Positions 1 to 12,238 of a stretch of 64,000 bases of DNA are shown here, piece by piece. A model generated the notes under the pieces. It saw only the letters and a list, made by a program, of their open reading frames with translations, was not told the origin of the DNA and made no database searches. The first letter of the stretch is position 1. Every line of letters begins with the position of its first letter. The position numbers and the translations under genes were made by a program. Origin of the DNA: Nemertoderma westbladi (taxonomy: Eukaryota > Animalia > Xenacoelomorpha); assembly GCA_032718475.1 (NCBI GenBank), contig JAUCBJ010002501.1:1-64000 (forward strand). Direction: 5' to 3'.

Positions 1-818
1 ATTGTACAAATCTGCGTTTTCTGGTGGCCTGTACTGTAATTGGCCCCTATTTCTTCCCCCATTCTACTGTAAACAGGTTCTCTTACCTAGACTTGCTAAA
101 GGACTACTTTGTTCCCCAGTTATCAAATCTCTCCACGGCAATCTTCCAACAAGACGGTGCACCACCCCACTGGGGCTTATTGGTAAGAGAGTTTCTCAAT
201 GAAAACTTTCAGGGACGATGGATCGGTCGAGATGCTCCTGTAAAGTGGCCGCCACGATCACCAGACATGACTCCCTTGGATTTTAGTCTATGGGGGCATG
301 TGAAGAATCTAGTGTACGCCCAGAATCTTCAAAATGTTGAGGAACTGAAGACGGCAATTCGGGATGCCTTTAGTTCATTGTCCCGGGATTACTTCCTAAT
401 TGCTTCAAGGAGATGCACAGAAGACTGGATCATGTCCAGCATATTGGAGGAGGACATATTGAAGTGTATTAGTAGTAAATTATTATAATTAATTAAATTA
501 AATTAGTATAAAGTAGTAGTAAACTCATTGTAAACTTACCCAATATTAAACTATTTTAGCCCACTAGCACTACCTAGATGTTTCATTATTTCACTAATAT
601 GTGCAGTTTTATACCTTTATATTTATAGTAAAATTAAGTGGATAATCAAACTCTTGTTTTATATAGCAAGTTTCCATAGCAACTAAAACATGCCATACCC
701 AAACCAAAGTTTAAGTTTATCTTTCGGCTTCCGATTGCCACCAAAACTAGGAAATTAGGTTGAGATCGCGCAAAGTTATTAAAAAACAAAAACGTGTTAA
801 ATTTTGTGGAACACCCTG
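1..818 (+). mobile_element. Tc1/mariner DNA transposon, DD41D (rosa/Visitor-type), 3' part with right TIR; transposase frameshifted near C-terminus
   Basis: ORF 24-488 has FQQDGAPPH...WPPRSPDMTPLDFSLWG with 41 residues between the 2nd and 3rd catalytic D. The expected C-terminus (..GGGHIEVY*) is in another frame. Element ends ...GTGGAACACCCTG followed by TA (819-820). Copy C lacks it at the equivalent site (~62420). Confidence 0.88.
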
Positions 819-3046
819 TATATTAAATATACCGTAATCATTACCATATTATTTAAATTAACTTAAATTATTTAAAAGTTATTAACCGTTAAATTAACCA
901 TATTAAACATATTGCTGTATCACCGCGATTAGTTTATGTGTTGGCGATTATATATTAGTAGCATGTCAGTGTGTCAGTGACTTCACTCAATGTAAAGACT
1001 TAACACTCCAAAATGGTGAATCTACCTGGGTTACTGAAAAAACACTGAAAAAACGTACTGTTGGTTTTTCCCGAAAAAACCAACAGTTTTTAGGAAAAAA
1101 CTATTAGTTTATTTGGTGCATTTTTAACTCCATGATATTTTCGAAAACCATGTTTTTTTTCAAACCGTTGGTTATACTGTAAACCATTGGTTTATCGTGG
1201 CTTCTGTATAAACTGTTGGTTTTCCATAAATATCTTTAGTGGGATTCAAACTCGCGATTGCATGATCCAGCTACTATATTTAGACCACTTCTGCTTACAG
1301 ATATTTATTCCAAATATTAAGTAATATAACCAAATACAAAAATAACCAATCACAGCTACCATCCTAAATTGAATAGAACTAGTGTAAATAACTCTAGCTT
1401 ATCTGTAAGTATGTAATTAATATGGAATTTATTAAAAATCATAGGTTTATTTAAAATTTTAATATCTCCTTGAGATTGTTCTATTTATTATTATAATGAT
1501 AATAAATGTAGCCTTTGAACCTCTAAAATTATTGATGCAAGACAAGGACATTGAGCTAGAATTGGAGCTGATATGACCAGACCACAGACAAGATGAAGAT
1601 CCGACACACAAGCAATGGCAGTTGAGGAATTAATATTCTGATAATAAAGTTACGATTTGTAAACCACCACCTTCCCATGCCATATCATTCCCCACACATA
1701 TTCCGATTCTTCATTCTCTACTTCACTAGAAGTGCATTTTGTTCATGATGCTATCTTTAAATCTGAATCACCGTCTTTTGCGTCTTTGTTCCTTTTAGCT
1801 CTATAATCATAGCACAAATAAAAGGTTGTTAGAAACACTGTAGTGCTCTTTCAAATGTGAGTGATGCGCTTTAAATTACGGATAAACTTCACAAACACTT
1901 TCTGCAATGGTATGTTTGACTTCATGTTCTTTCAAATCCACCACAAATGTTCTGATTAGTTTGTGATAAACTGTAACTCCTTCATCAATATTGTTCTTAT
2001 CACACTTGAGCTTAACCTCTGGCGCTAAATCAACAGTACTGCATTGTTTGGGTATTGGTATATTACGTATAGTACATTATTATACTTTCAATACCTTCCA
2101 ATTCTGACCATGGAATTACCGATCTATGAACTGCAGCAACCTGTTTCAAACCAGTGGATTTCTTCTTTGGCTGTCACGATATACTGTAGTTAATGAATCC
2201 GTGGTACTGGTAGGCCTACCTGGTAGCAATTTCCAGATTTCGATAGCAGCAAGGTAAGTTCGCAATCCGGCGGTGGAAGTGGTTGTAGGCACACTGGACA
2301 TTTATCCGTTTTCCATTTCTCTTTGATTTTATGCCCACAATAACATTAGACTATTTGCGGCCACTCATGATGCTGCAGTTCAGCCAACAGGCTAACAGTA
2401 TATACACGTCCAGTGGTATAGAGTGGCTTATTAGCAATTAACTCAATTTTCATTATATGCGACATCACACATTCAGTTTATGTCACAGCACACATTCAGG
2501 CAGTAAATCGGAGTCGGTTACTGTTAGGTACTGCCAGACTGTGTTTCATTATCAGTATTCCTGCCAAAGCTAGGCTACCGGTACCTACTCGTTTACCAGT
2601 AAATAATAATAACAACTACATAATCTTCCTTTATTCCTGGCACCCTGGGGAAATACCACCAGGTGCTGTGGACTGCGTTTGTGACATAATATATTTCCAG
2701 CACAAGTTGGTCTCAGAGCCTCTCTACCACTGGAAAGTGAAAATAGTAAATTAGAATCATCACCCAGAAAAATTTTCGAAGTTAAAAATAATTAATAAAT
2801 AGAAAAACCTAAAAAGTGATAAGGCTAACCTAAACGACCAGTGAGAATATGTTTTAAAATTTGATACAATATCATTAAGATTTGTAATATTTTCGTGTAA
2901 TATTTTTCTACATACACTTATTATCTTCAACCCCTGGTGACGCTCTTTCTAATTTTTTCCACTTCTGAACAAAACAATTTACATTACATCATTGATTACA
3001 GTTGCAACAGCTCATCTCCAATTTATATTATTATCTTACACTTGCT

Positions 3047-4477
3047 TACGGAGCACCTAAAGGGACATTGAAATTTTTTTTTTTTCGCTAACTCGTGCAA
3101 ACGACTTAGTATGTCGTGCGAACGACGCGAACGACATACTAAGTCGTGCAAACGACTTACTAAGTCGTGCGAACGACGCGAACGACATACTAAGTCGTGC
3201 AAACGACTTACTAAGTCGTGCGAACGACTTAACCTACTCGTGCGAATGACATACTAAGTCGTGCGAACGACTTACTAAGTCGTGCGAACGACTTAACTTA
3301 CTCGTGCAAACGACTAACGACTTAACTAACTCGTGCGAACGACTTAGTAACTCGTGCGAACGACTTACTAACTTTAGTTTGATTGGCTAAATAATACTGG
3401 TAATAAAAGTACAACCTTTTTAGCGGGATTTTCAATTCAATCTACAGCATTGTTGTTGATGGCATTATTGATTGAAAATATTATTATCAATGGCTGAACG
3501 CGCTCTGTTAATATCGACGTACTTTAACTTAGGCCTAACATACGGACTAATTTCATCTGCTTTAAAACTAAATAATGAAATTATCCTAAGCTGTGCTTTC
3601 GCCATCGATGTAACAGGCCTGTTGCATATTGTCAGTGTGATCTCTACGGATGAACTTCTGAAAGTCTCGAACGCGAACATTTTCTGTTCCAAAATCCCCA
3701 AGAACAATCCGCGGAGCACCCTTGTTCTCAGTTATCGCTTCCAGGAAGTAGCCCCCGATAACTTTACTGTCATTGTTGGTGTTATACACGTTCAACCAAA
3801 TCATTTTCCTGGTATATCCCTCAATGCACCCACTGGTTTCATTAGGGATGTTACGCATTACTTATTCGAATTAATTTTATTAAGAACGAGCGTAAGCGAG
3901 AATACAATAGTGAGATGGGAATGTTGCTTAGCAACACAGCAACAACACCTTACACTATAATCAGCTTATCTAACAGCCCTGACCGTAGATAATACAGCAA
4001 TTTAGTGACTTAGTTACAATACAATTAATGTGTTAAAGATATTATAATTTGCTACAATATGTCGGTTGTATTGTCGGCCTAAGTTAAAGGACCTCAATAT
4101 TAACAGAGCGCGTTCAGACATCGATAATAATATTTTCAACCAATAATGCCATCAACAACAATGCTGTAGATTGAATTGAAAATTCCGCTAAAAAGGTTGT
4201 ACTTTTATTACCAGTATTATTTAGCCTATCAAAGTAAAGTTAGTAAGTCGTAGTTAAGTAAGTAAGTAGTAAGTAAGTAAAAAAAAAAAAAATTTTAAGT
4301 AAGTAGTTAAAGCACGAGTTACTACAGTAAGTCTTACGCACGAGTGAGTTAAGTCGTTCGCACGACTTAGTATGTTGTTCGCATGACTTAGTATGTCGTT
4401 CGCACGACTTAGTATGTCGTTCGCACGAGTTAGCGAAAAAAAATGTTTTTTTTAAATGTCCCTTTAGGGGCTCCGTA
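3047..4477 (-). mobile_element. IS3EU-like DNA transposon, internally deleted, long TIRs containing 21-bp tandem repeats (copy A)
   Basis: Termini TACGGAGCACCTAAAGGGACATT...AATGTCCCTTTAGGGGCTCCGTA (TAYGG..CCRTA); imperfect 6-bp TSD cttgct/ctttct. Minus-strand fragment 3586-3858 GCIEGYTRKMIWL..NND..YFLEA..PRIVLGDFGTEN is an integrase-core DDE remnant. Confidence 0.8.
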
Positions 4478-4611
4478 CTTTCTACATTAATTAATTATCT
4501 TATGAAACACTGTAAGACAAACTTATAAATTCTAACAGTGCTAAACAAACTAAAGATTTGCACAGCACAGTCCCACATTTTGTCGCCACCATGCAATCCA
4601 CAATTGACAGG

Positions 4612-4870
4612 CCCAATGCAGCGTGCATTAAGAATGATATGCCGGCTTATCAACAAAGTTGTACCGCCACAACTCCCTTCCCCCCATGACTTTCGCAAGC
4701 CCGGACAGCTCATGACTTTCTCCCAGACGCCTCTTAAAGGACAATGAATGGTATTGAAGATGCGGATAGGGAGTTTCGGCTGCGCAATTTTGTCGACATG
4801 CCGACACAGCATTCTTAATATAAATGTAACATATATAATGCAGCTGCAATGCAGCATGCCGATAGTAGTA
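4612..4870. mobile_element. Two diverged RTE LINE 3'-end fragments joined head-to-head (also ~44580-44840 and ~57690-57950)
   Basis: 4703-4870 (+) and 4612-4700 (-) both match the RTE 3' end at 7210-7388 (GGGAGTTGTGGCGG...CATTCTTAA...GCTGCA). Confidence 0.75.
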
Positions 4871-5878
4871 GTCGTAGAGCATTTGTGTCACAATATAAAA
4901 TCCAATGCCAGTGATAATTAAGTTGGTTATAAATCGTTTGAAACAGGAATTGTGCGGGATAATAATATTTGTAATATTTATAATATTCTCCTTACAAGAA
5001 TTGAATTAATTGCTTTGTGCTGTATGATGTTGCTATAGGAGAACAACTACCAAAACAATTATTACTGAAATACAGTTAAGTTCTAGCAGGATCTCCTTTG
5101 ATGTTGATGAGCAAATGCTAAACCATCATAAAAGCATGAAGGATATATTTTACATTCATGAGAGAGGGAGTTTAATTTTATACCCCTAACACATGGTTGA
5201 CCAGTTTATTTCCTAAGATAATTTGAGTGGGATATCCATACAAAACCTTTGTGTTAGCCACTTTATTTTGTACTAATAACACAATTATTAGCACTTGACA
5301 AACATAAATTAATTGTAAAATATAATGCGGTAATTATTATTTCAGTAACACTACATTTTTTCGCCAATATGAAGGACAATTTTATGAAAATTGTTATTAC
5401 GAAAAAAATTTCGCAATTTTATTCACAATATGATATGACTTGACATTTGCATACATTTATGTCAGTAGTGTTTAGTAGTAGTAGTAGTAGTAAGTTATAT
5501 CTTCAACTCTATATTAATATGAATCAGCATAGAATTTATATCATTTATGTAATTACATTTGATATAAATTACTATTAAATATTTTGGGTAACTAAATATA
5601 TTATGTAAGATACGGAACTGAACTGGTGTTATTCATTCATTTGATATGATCCTCTATTGAATACTTAGCAGAGTTTGAGGTTACAACATCGCAACTATTG
5701 TCTTTAGGGTTGGATTTCTTTATTAAGGTGTTAAAGTTATTCTGTAAATAAAGAAATAAAATAGGTCCATCAATATCAAATTCGTATTTTATTGAAATAG
5801 TACATTAATAATTTCGATTAATAGAGACAACAATACTAGACTTAATAATACTATAATAAAGACTTATAACTACGTATA

Positions 5879-7399
5879 ACCCCTGAGGTCTTTAAAATAC
5901 CTGAGTGTTTAAAGCTCATCTATCCCATCATAGTAGACATGTACCGAACAACAAGAGTCCCACAAGAAATGAAAACAAATAAGTTGGTGCCAGTTCCCAA
6001 GAAGGGCAACCTAACACTCTGGTTCTTTTCGGGGAATCTCATTGATCTCGATTGCTGCAAAGCTATACAATAGAATTATATTAAATCGCATCAGGGATCC
6101 CATTGAATGACTGCTCCGTGGAAATCAGAATGGGTTCCGTAAAGGTCGTGGGACCATGGAGCCCATTATGGCACTTAGAAGGATAATTGAAGAGTTATCA
6201 AAAAAGAAAGACAGGCATCTGGCTGTTATCTTTGTTGACTTCTATAAGGCCTTTGATTCAGTCTCTCGCTCACGTATGTTCAGCATACTTTCATTATATG
6301 GGATTCCTGATGAAATTATTGCAGCAATCAGATCAGTATACGATGGTTCAACAACATTTGTGTCTACTTTTGACGGTGACACAGAACCATTTGAAGTGTT
6401 ATGGGGCGTCCTCCAGGGAGACACACTTGCACCATTCTTGTTCATAATTGTTGTTGACTATGTTCTACGCATGTCCTTAGATCATCATAATGATAATGGG
6501 GTGATGATAACTCCACCTACTGGCTCCAGAAGTCGAGGAAATCCTGCCAAGTACCTAACTGATCTAGACTTTGCTGATGACTTAGGAGTACTTTCAGAAT
6601 CACTAGAGGGAGCCCAACGGCTCCTCAGCTCATTAGAACATGCTGCTTCTAGTGTTGGTCTTTTTATTAACTCCAGAAAGACCAAAATTTTGACAGTTAA
6701 CTTTGAAAGTCCTCAGCAAGTCTCTGATCGGATGAGCGTAAGCTCAAAAGATGGTATGCTTGAGCGTGGATGACTTCTGTTACCTGGGATCATGGATCCG
6801 GAAGTCAGGTGAGGACCTTCGAATACGTAAGGGAAAGGCATGGGCAGCCTTGAATAGGCTTTCCAGGATTTGGAAGTCACCGAGAATTAATCGGAAACTT
6901 AAGGTCCGATTATTTAGAGCAGCAGTAGTTCCAGTACTCCTCTATGGGAGTCCATGCTGGGCTCTAACTGCTGAGGACATCAAATCTCTGAATGGCACAT
7001 TCACAAGAATGCTACGCCGGGTTCATTGTGTCAAGTGCAATGCACACATCTCCAACGAGACACTATATAACATTGGAGGTGTCTCATTGGTTCCCCCAAG
7101 CTTAACACTAGAACAAAATCGCCTTCGCTTTGCAGGACATTGCTTTCGCCGTGAGGACCAGCCAGTGCATAATCTTGTACTTTGGCAGCCTCATGGAGTA
7201 AATAAGCATGGTGGACAGCCCATGACTTTCTTGAGACGCATCTTAAAGAAGGACACTGGCCTTGAAGATGCGGATGATCTAGCAAATGTCATGGGTGATA
7301 GGGAGTTGTGGCGGTGCAATTTTGTCGATAAGCTGGCACAGCATTCTTAAAAATGCAGCTGCAATGCAGCATGCCAATCCTAGTAGTAAAACTACGCAT
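5879..7399 (+). mobile_element. RTE-clade non-LTR retrotransposon, 5'-truncated, RT pseudogene (copy A only)
   Basis: ORFs 6156-6773 and 6751-7350 (frameshift): VDFYKAFDSV, GVLQGDTLAPFLF, DFADD, RLRFAGH; (TAG)n tail. 17-bp TSD acttataactacgtata (5862-5878) / acttatagctacgtata (7400-7416). Empty site in copy B at ~43555-43575. Confidence 0.92.
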
Positions 7400-8649
7400 A
7401 CTTATAGCTACGTATACAAATAAATATTATTATGTACGGGATTATTATAATTTAATTTACCTTGACTTTGAAGGAATTAATAGTCCTTGCAATAACAAAG
7501 GATGGCGTCCTACCGCAACACTTTACTGGTAATATAATCCATAGTGAACGGCCATTGATTATTCTAATGCGACATAACACCTAAGTAACAATAGCAATAC
7601 GCTATTGATGTATTGCACAGTATAAAGTAATTGATTGGAAAGACTGACCCCTGCCTTTAAATAAGTAAAGCCAGCGTTGCACCATAATTCTCTATAACCC
7701 CATAACATGGGCGATGAACCCTATCCGGAAGATTTTTAGATTTTTTTGATTTTTATCGTTTTTGGGTTATCCAAAATTGATAATAAATTTTAACTTTGTT
7801 TTGAATAGATAATTCCCTGAGCTCTTCAAAGCTAACCTATTGCGACATTTGCCAAACTCCATATTCATATGTGAACCCGTGTAAAGATTACTACGATGGC
7901 AAAACTCTCTGCCTATATAGTGTTGTCAATCCAAAATTACATGAAGAATGCGATCGAAGCTACATTACATATGTTAACAACATTTTTCATCTTCTCAAAA
8001 ATAGTGAAGTGCATGGAATTTCAAAAAATGTTCAGAATCGTTGCCTTACTCTAGTTGTGTTGCACTCATCAAGCAATGACCGACAGAGGTTTGGCTAAAC
8101 CTCTGTCGGCGCAGTTACTAAATGTCACTTCGCATTTGACCTGTGATGGTCCCACCCTCACCTTGGAAGCTGGTGGATCACGATCTATCAACGACCGAAT
8201 TATTTGACTTTTTAACTTAAACGCAAACCATATTAATTGGTACATATATCCTGAGCCTTCATAGCAGTGTGGTAGTGGTGGTCGGTTTTGGCGATGAGTC
8301 TAGCTTATGCTTTTCACTACTAGTAAATTTCAATGCTCCCTGCACTTACTGCAAAAAAAGCATTTCCCATACATCTAGTAACAAAAAGATCTCGACAAAA
8401 TATTTTCAGTTTTTGTATTTGTGACCCTTAGACACATATAGGTGTTTTAATCTTCAAGAGATGTGGTTTTTCTAAAGTAAGAAACTAAAAAGTGCTGTTA
8501 TATAGCCCCAAGACGCTAATGTTTACAAAAATATATTGACTTTGTAAAGTAAATATATTTAATACAAATTTTAGTTTCGAATCCAAGATCGCAGCACAGG
8601 TAGCTGAAGTCTACTACATGATCAATAACTTCAACCAAAATCTTAATGA

Positions 8650-9400
8650 AGACTCTAACAGTCAAAGACTTGCTGGGGGGAATCCAATTTTACAATCAAA
8701 ATTTTGGAATTCATAGCATTTATCAATACACTGACAATGAATGCTGCTTTTGCACCATCCGATTTTGCTGACTTTAAACACAGATCATCATCAGCAAAGT
8801 CTAGGTCCAATTAATATATTGGCGCTTTTCTCGCACTACTGGCAGCTACTACCACAGTCTGTTTGTGGGGCGAGCCACGAAGTTGGCGGAGCCTTAGCGA
8901 ATTGACACTGTTAGGGGGTGGGTCAATTTATGCAAATAGTTGTCGTCGTCGTCGTTGTCGTCGTCGTTACGATTTTGACATGCTAATAACTTTGTCGGAT
9001 TTAAAGCTGCCAAGTTGAAAATTTGTAGGTATCAATATGAGCAAAAGTTGAGATTTTTGAGAGACTTTCAGACACCATCAGTGCAATGGTCTCCCGCTAG
9101 AGGGCCACATGTCTAAACATTAAATGCCCTCCCATTTCTTTGCTTTTAATCCGTTTAAGCTGAAACTTGGCAGATATGTATTAGACCATTAGCTGTGACT
9201 TTCAAAGGAGGCGAATCCATCTGCAGTTCTCCAGTCTGCCGCTAGAGGGCCAACGTGACAACGACAACTATTTGCATAAATTGACCCACCCCCTAACAGT
9301 GTCAATTCGCTAAGGCTTCGCCAACTTCGTGCTGCGCGAAGTCCCCACTTCGTGTATTTCCACACCATCTATATTATGTTGAGAAATTCGCAGCAAATAA
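8650..9400 (-). pseudogene. Old degenerate RTE RT fragment (also ~39780-40010 and ~55310-55525, +), interrupted in copy A
   Basis: LDLDFADDDL...NSKILILNLDSPQQVFD aligns with TDLDFADDLG...KTKILTVNFESPQQVSD of the young RTE. Confidence 0.7.
8867..9352. mobile_element. Non-autonomous fold-back/MITE-like element with ~70-bp near-perfect subterminal inverted repeats and (GTC)n (copy A only)
   Basis: 8876-8946 is the reverse complement of 9261-9331 with about 1 mismatch. Absent from copies B and C (empty site gtctgtttgtatttcc). Possible TGT duplication. Confidence 0.75.
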
Positions 9401-10219
9401 TCAACCACCATAATAAAGATAATAAAAGCAAGTGTGTCACCCATGACACTTCCAATGAATTTTTATATCCCCAATATAAATTCATTATTGATACCCTGAA
9501 GCTGATTCCACATATGACTGAATGAATTAATACTAATCATGCATGGATCTTGCATGAAACCTCACTGATAAGCCGGCATATTTATTGAACAAACTTTTAT
9601 TCACTGAACCTTGCATGGGAGTATATAGTAAATATTTTGTAATATGGTAATACGATTGTCATCAATAATCACACTGATGCCCAGTTTAGGATCATTGAGG
9701 GTTTTATATAAATTGCCATTAAGAAATCCTCTCAAGGAATGGTTAAGACATTTTATCCGATTTCTTCCCTATAATATATTAAATTGTACATATTTATTTC
9801 CATTACTGTTGAACTTACATCATAGTAATCTCTATGGAGAATACTATGAAGTAACACTATAGGACACACTTTTTTGTCAATTTTAAATCCAGTCACACCT
9901 CACTTATTTTTGCTGGAGACGAATATGTAATTATGTATTTTGAATGTACAGTATTTGGCTGGTAGTTGAATTTAATACATCTATTGCAATTGATGAATGG
10001 TTTTTAAATATATTAGATTTGATTATGAGTTTATGCAATTAATTGTGTTATTGAATTTCTCTTTTAAATTATTTCACCTTAAAAGTTCATAGTCTTTAAA
10101 ATATAGCACACTTTATAACTTGAAACCGTGGCTGTTTCCATTGGAATAATGGTGAGTAAAAAAGTTCTGGAACACTTTTTTCGAACTTGAGATTCGAAAA
10201 TCGTATTGTTTTTGCATAA

Positions 10220-10347
10220 GGCCGCGTTCACACTACCAAGTCACAGTCATAGTCAAAGTCAAAAGAAAATAAATATAGCTAGCTAGCAATAATAAATAAT
10301 AAATAATAATACATTATATAGGCCTAATATAATACATAAGGGCATTC
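10220..10347. mobile_element. Half of a PIF/Harbinger (Tourist-like) MITE, truncated by a copy-A-specific deletion
   Basis: Starts taa-GGCCGCGTTCACA; the full element is at 38752-38942. Confidence 0.75.
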
Positions 10348-10553
10348 TTCATTCAGGACCATTCTTCACTATCACTATTTCGCAATGGGGAACTTCACTC
10401 TGCTGCCATCCCAATAACTCTAGCCAAAAGAAAACCCTAAAATAATTGTTAAATAAATGTAAACAAGTACAGTATTTATAAGTCTTCTGGTATTATATAG
10501 TTATATATTGTGCTATATTTTATTTCTTGTGTTTTTTATTTGGTGGTCCATCA

Positions 10554-11816
10554 ATGATAACTATAATGGATATCAACCGCAGGAAAATAATACTCACAGG
10601 ATTTCTCTTTTTCTCACAGGTTGTTCCAGGGTTGTGCTTTGCACTTTTAGACTCCTTTTTCCCAATTGTTGTTGAAGGTCGTAACTGGTCTAAGACCATG
10701 ACTGGTAGTGTGCTAGCTATATACCCAGCTGCGCGACTTATCATATTCATCACATGTGGCAACTCCATTATAAATCTCGGAAGTCGCCTCTCCTATGGTG
10801 TGTTTGGGATCCTTGGAGCACTTTCTCTTTCAGCATTCGGATTTGTGGAGGATATCACCAACAATACTGTTCATATTTGTACATGCTTTATCTTTAGAAC
10901 TTTAGATGTTATTGGAGGAAACATCAGTTACATCTATAGTTTCAGTTTACTAATGGATCTATATCCTAACAATCGAACTATGGTTGTTGGAATCTCACAA
11001 GTGATGGTTGAATTAGGCTTGACGTCTGCACCTGTGCTTGGGTCATTCTTATACACAACCATTGGATTTAGAGGAGCATTTTTAATTCCAGGAATTACCA
11101 TATTGGTTGTAAATTTATATTGTTGTTTCGAGTCTCCAGAAAATATACGTGACAGATCTTCATCCACCGAACCAAGACCCGCCTTGATTTCATTGCTTAG
11201 CAACTTTTGTACTAGTACACTATCGATTTTGACAATAGTTGGCGAAACAACATATCTATATTATGCTGCAAACTACGCTGTGTATGTCCATGATGTTTAC
11301 GAAATGCCACAAATGTACATCGGATTGATCATGGTGGGGAATGTTGTTTCATCTGCTGCAACCGTGTTTGCAATGAGTTTTGTAATGCAGAAATGTTCAC
11401 TTCTAAACCCAGTGTATCCCACCATCATAGGATATGTTTCAATAATAATTTCCATGCAATTGATTGGACCAACACAGTTGCTAGGTTTACCATTGAGTCT
11501 GCCATTGTCAATATTTGGATGCTGTTTTCTCGGAGTTGGTGTAGGATTGTTTATTAGCTGCGGTACAGAAACTTTAACAAAAATTGCATTAAAGGACAGA
11601 ACAGACAACGTCGATATACGGACATTGGTTCAACAAATTGTTAGGTTATCTTTGGCTTGTGGAAACATCATAGGTGCGCTCTTTGGAGGAATGTTAGATG
11701 ACTATTTTGGTTTCCAATCAGCTGCCTCATTGATTAGTCTTCCCATCGTTCCATTTCTCATCATAATCATTAGCTATCTAGGTATCATTAGAGCTAGAGG
11801 GAGTACTCTATATTAA
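10554..11816 (+). CDS. SLC18B1: Intronless MFS transporter, SLC18B1 (vesicular polyamine transporter)-like, copy A, 420 aa from first ATG
   Basis: About 12 hydrophobic segments. Motifs SFFP, CFIFRTLD, YPNNRTMVVG, LGLTSAPVLGSFLYTTIGF, GNIIGALFGGMLDDYFGF resemble SLC18B1 as I recall it (FFP, CFLVRVMDA, FPNNVATVLG, GLGL..GPPVGGFLYQSFGY). The ORF-track start (10527) is TTG; first ATG is 10554. Orthology not tested. Confidence 0.82.
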   Translation: MITIMDINRRKIILTGFLFFSQVVPGLCFALLDSFFPIVVEGRNWSKTMTGSVLAIYPAARLIIFITCGNSIINLGSRLSYGVFGILGALSLSAFGFVEDITNNTVHICTCFIFRTLDVIGGNISYIYSFSLLMDLYPNNRTMVVGISQVMVELGLTSAPVLGSFLYTTIGFRGAFLIPGITILVVNLYCCFESPENIRDRSSSTEPRPALISLLSNFCTSTLSILTIVGETTYLYYAANYAVYVHDVYEMPQMYIGLIMVGNVVSSAATVFAMSFVMQKCSLLNPVYPTIIGYVSIIISMQLIGPTQLLGLPLSLPLSIFGCCFLGVGVGLFISCGTETLTKIALKDRTDNVDIRTLVQQIVRLSLACGNIIGALFGGMLDDYFGFQSAASLISLPIVPFLIIIISYLGIIRARGSTLY

Positions 11817-12238
11817 ATCAGTAAGCCCATCGTCATAATATACTGTTAACCTGTACATTAGTTAGTAGTGTAGGCATGTTATTAAATGTATGAAAGAGCA
11901 ACCATCATTGTGTTGAATACAATGGTACCATGTACAATATTAAACGTTTTGGCTATATCATATGAAATGAGTAATATTTATTTTCTCTTTCTTTCCACAA
12001 TTTACATGACAGCAGATCTTGTATTAGCCGTTGTATGTTGCTCCATGTGGTTTAAGAACGAGAAGTATTTATAATTTTACCCAAATCCAACAAAGATAAT
12101 ATATCTCAAATAAACTGATTATAGTCAAGATCCAACTTGATTAATCCAATAATACCTTGAGTCAGTCTATAGACAGGCTTGATAGACTCTTGATAAATTG
12201 TTAATACTACTGTTGATAAATTCTCCTAGTCTGATGAT

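Noticed and set aside
1500-2800. Possible degenerate coding region shared by all three copies
   Set aside because: Only short, stop-ridden frames with no motif I recognise; needs tBLASTx.
10554-11816. Bacterial horizontally transferred MFS gene (because intronless)
   Set aside because: Motifs fit animal SLC18B1 and base composition matches the host; a phylogeny would be decisive.
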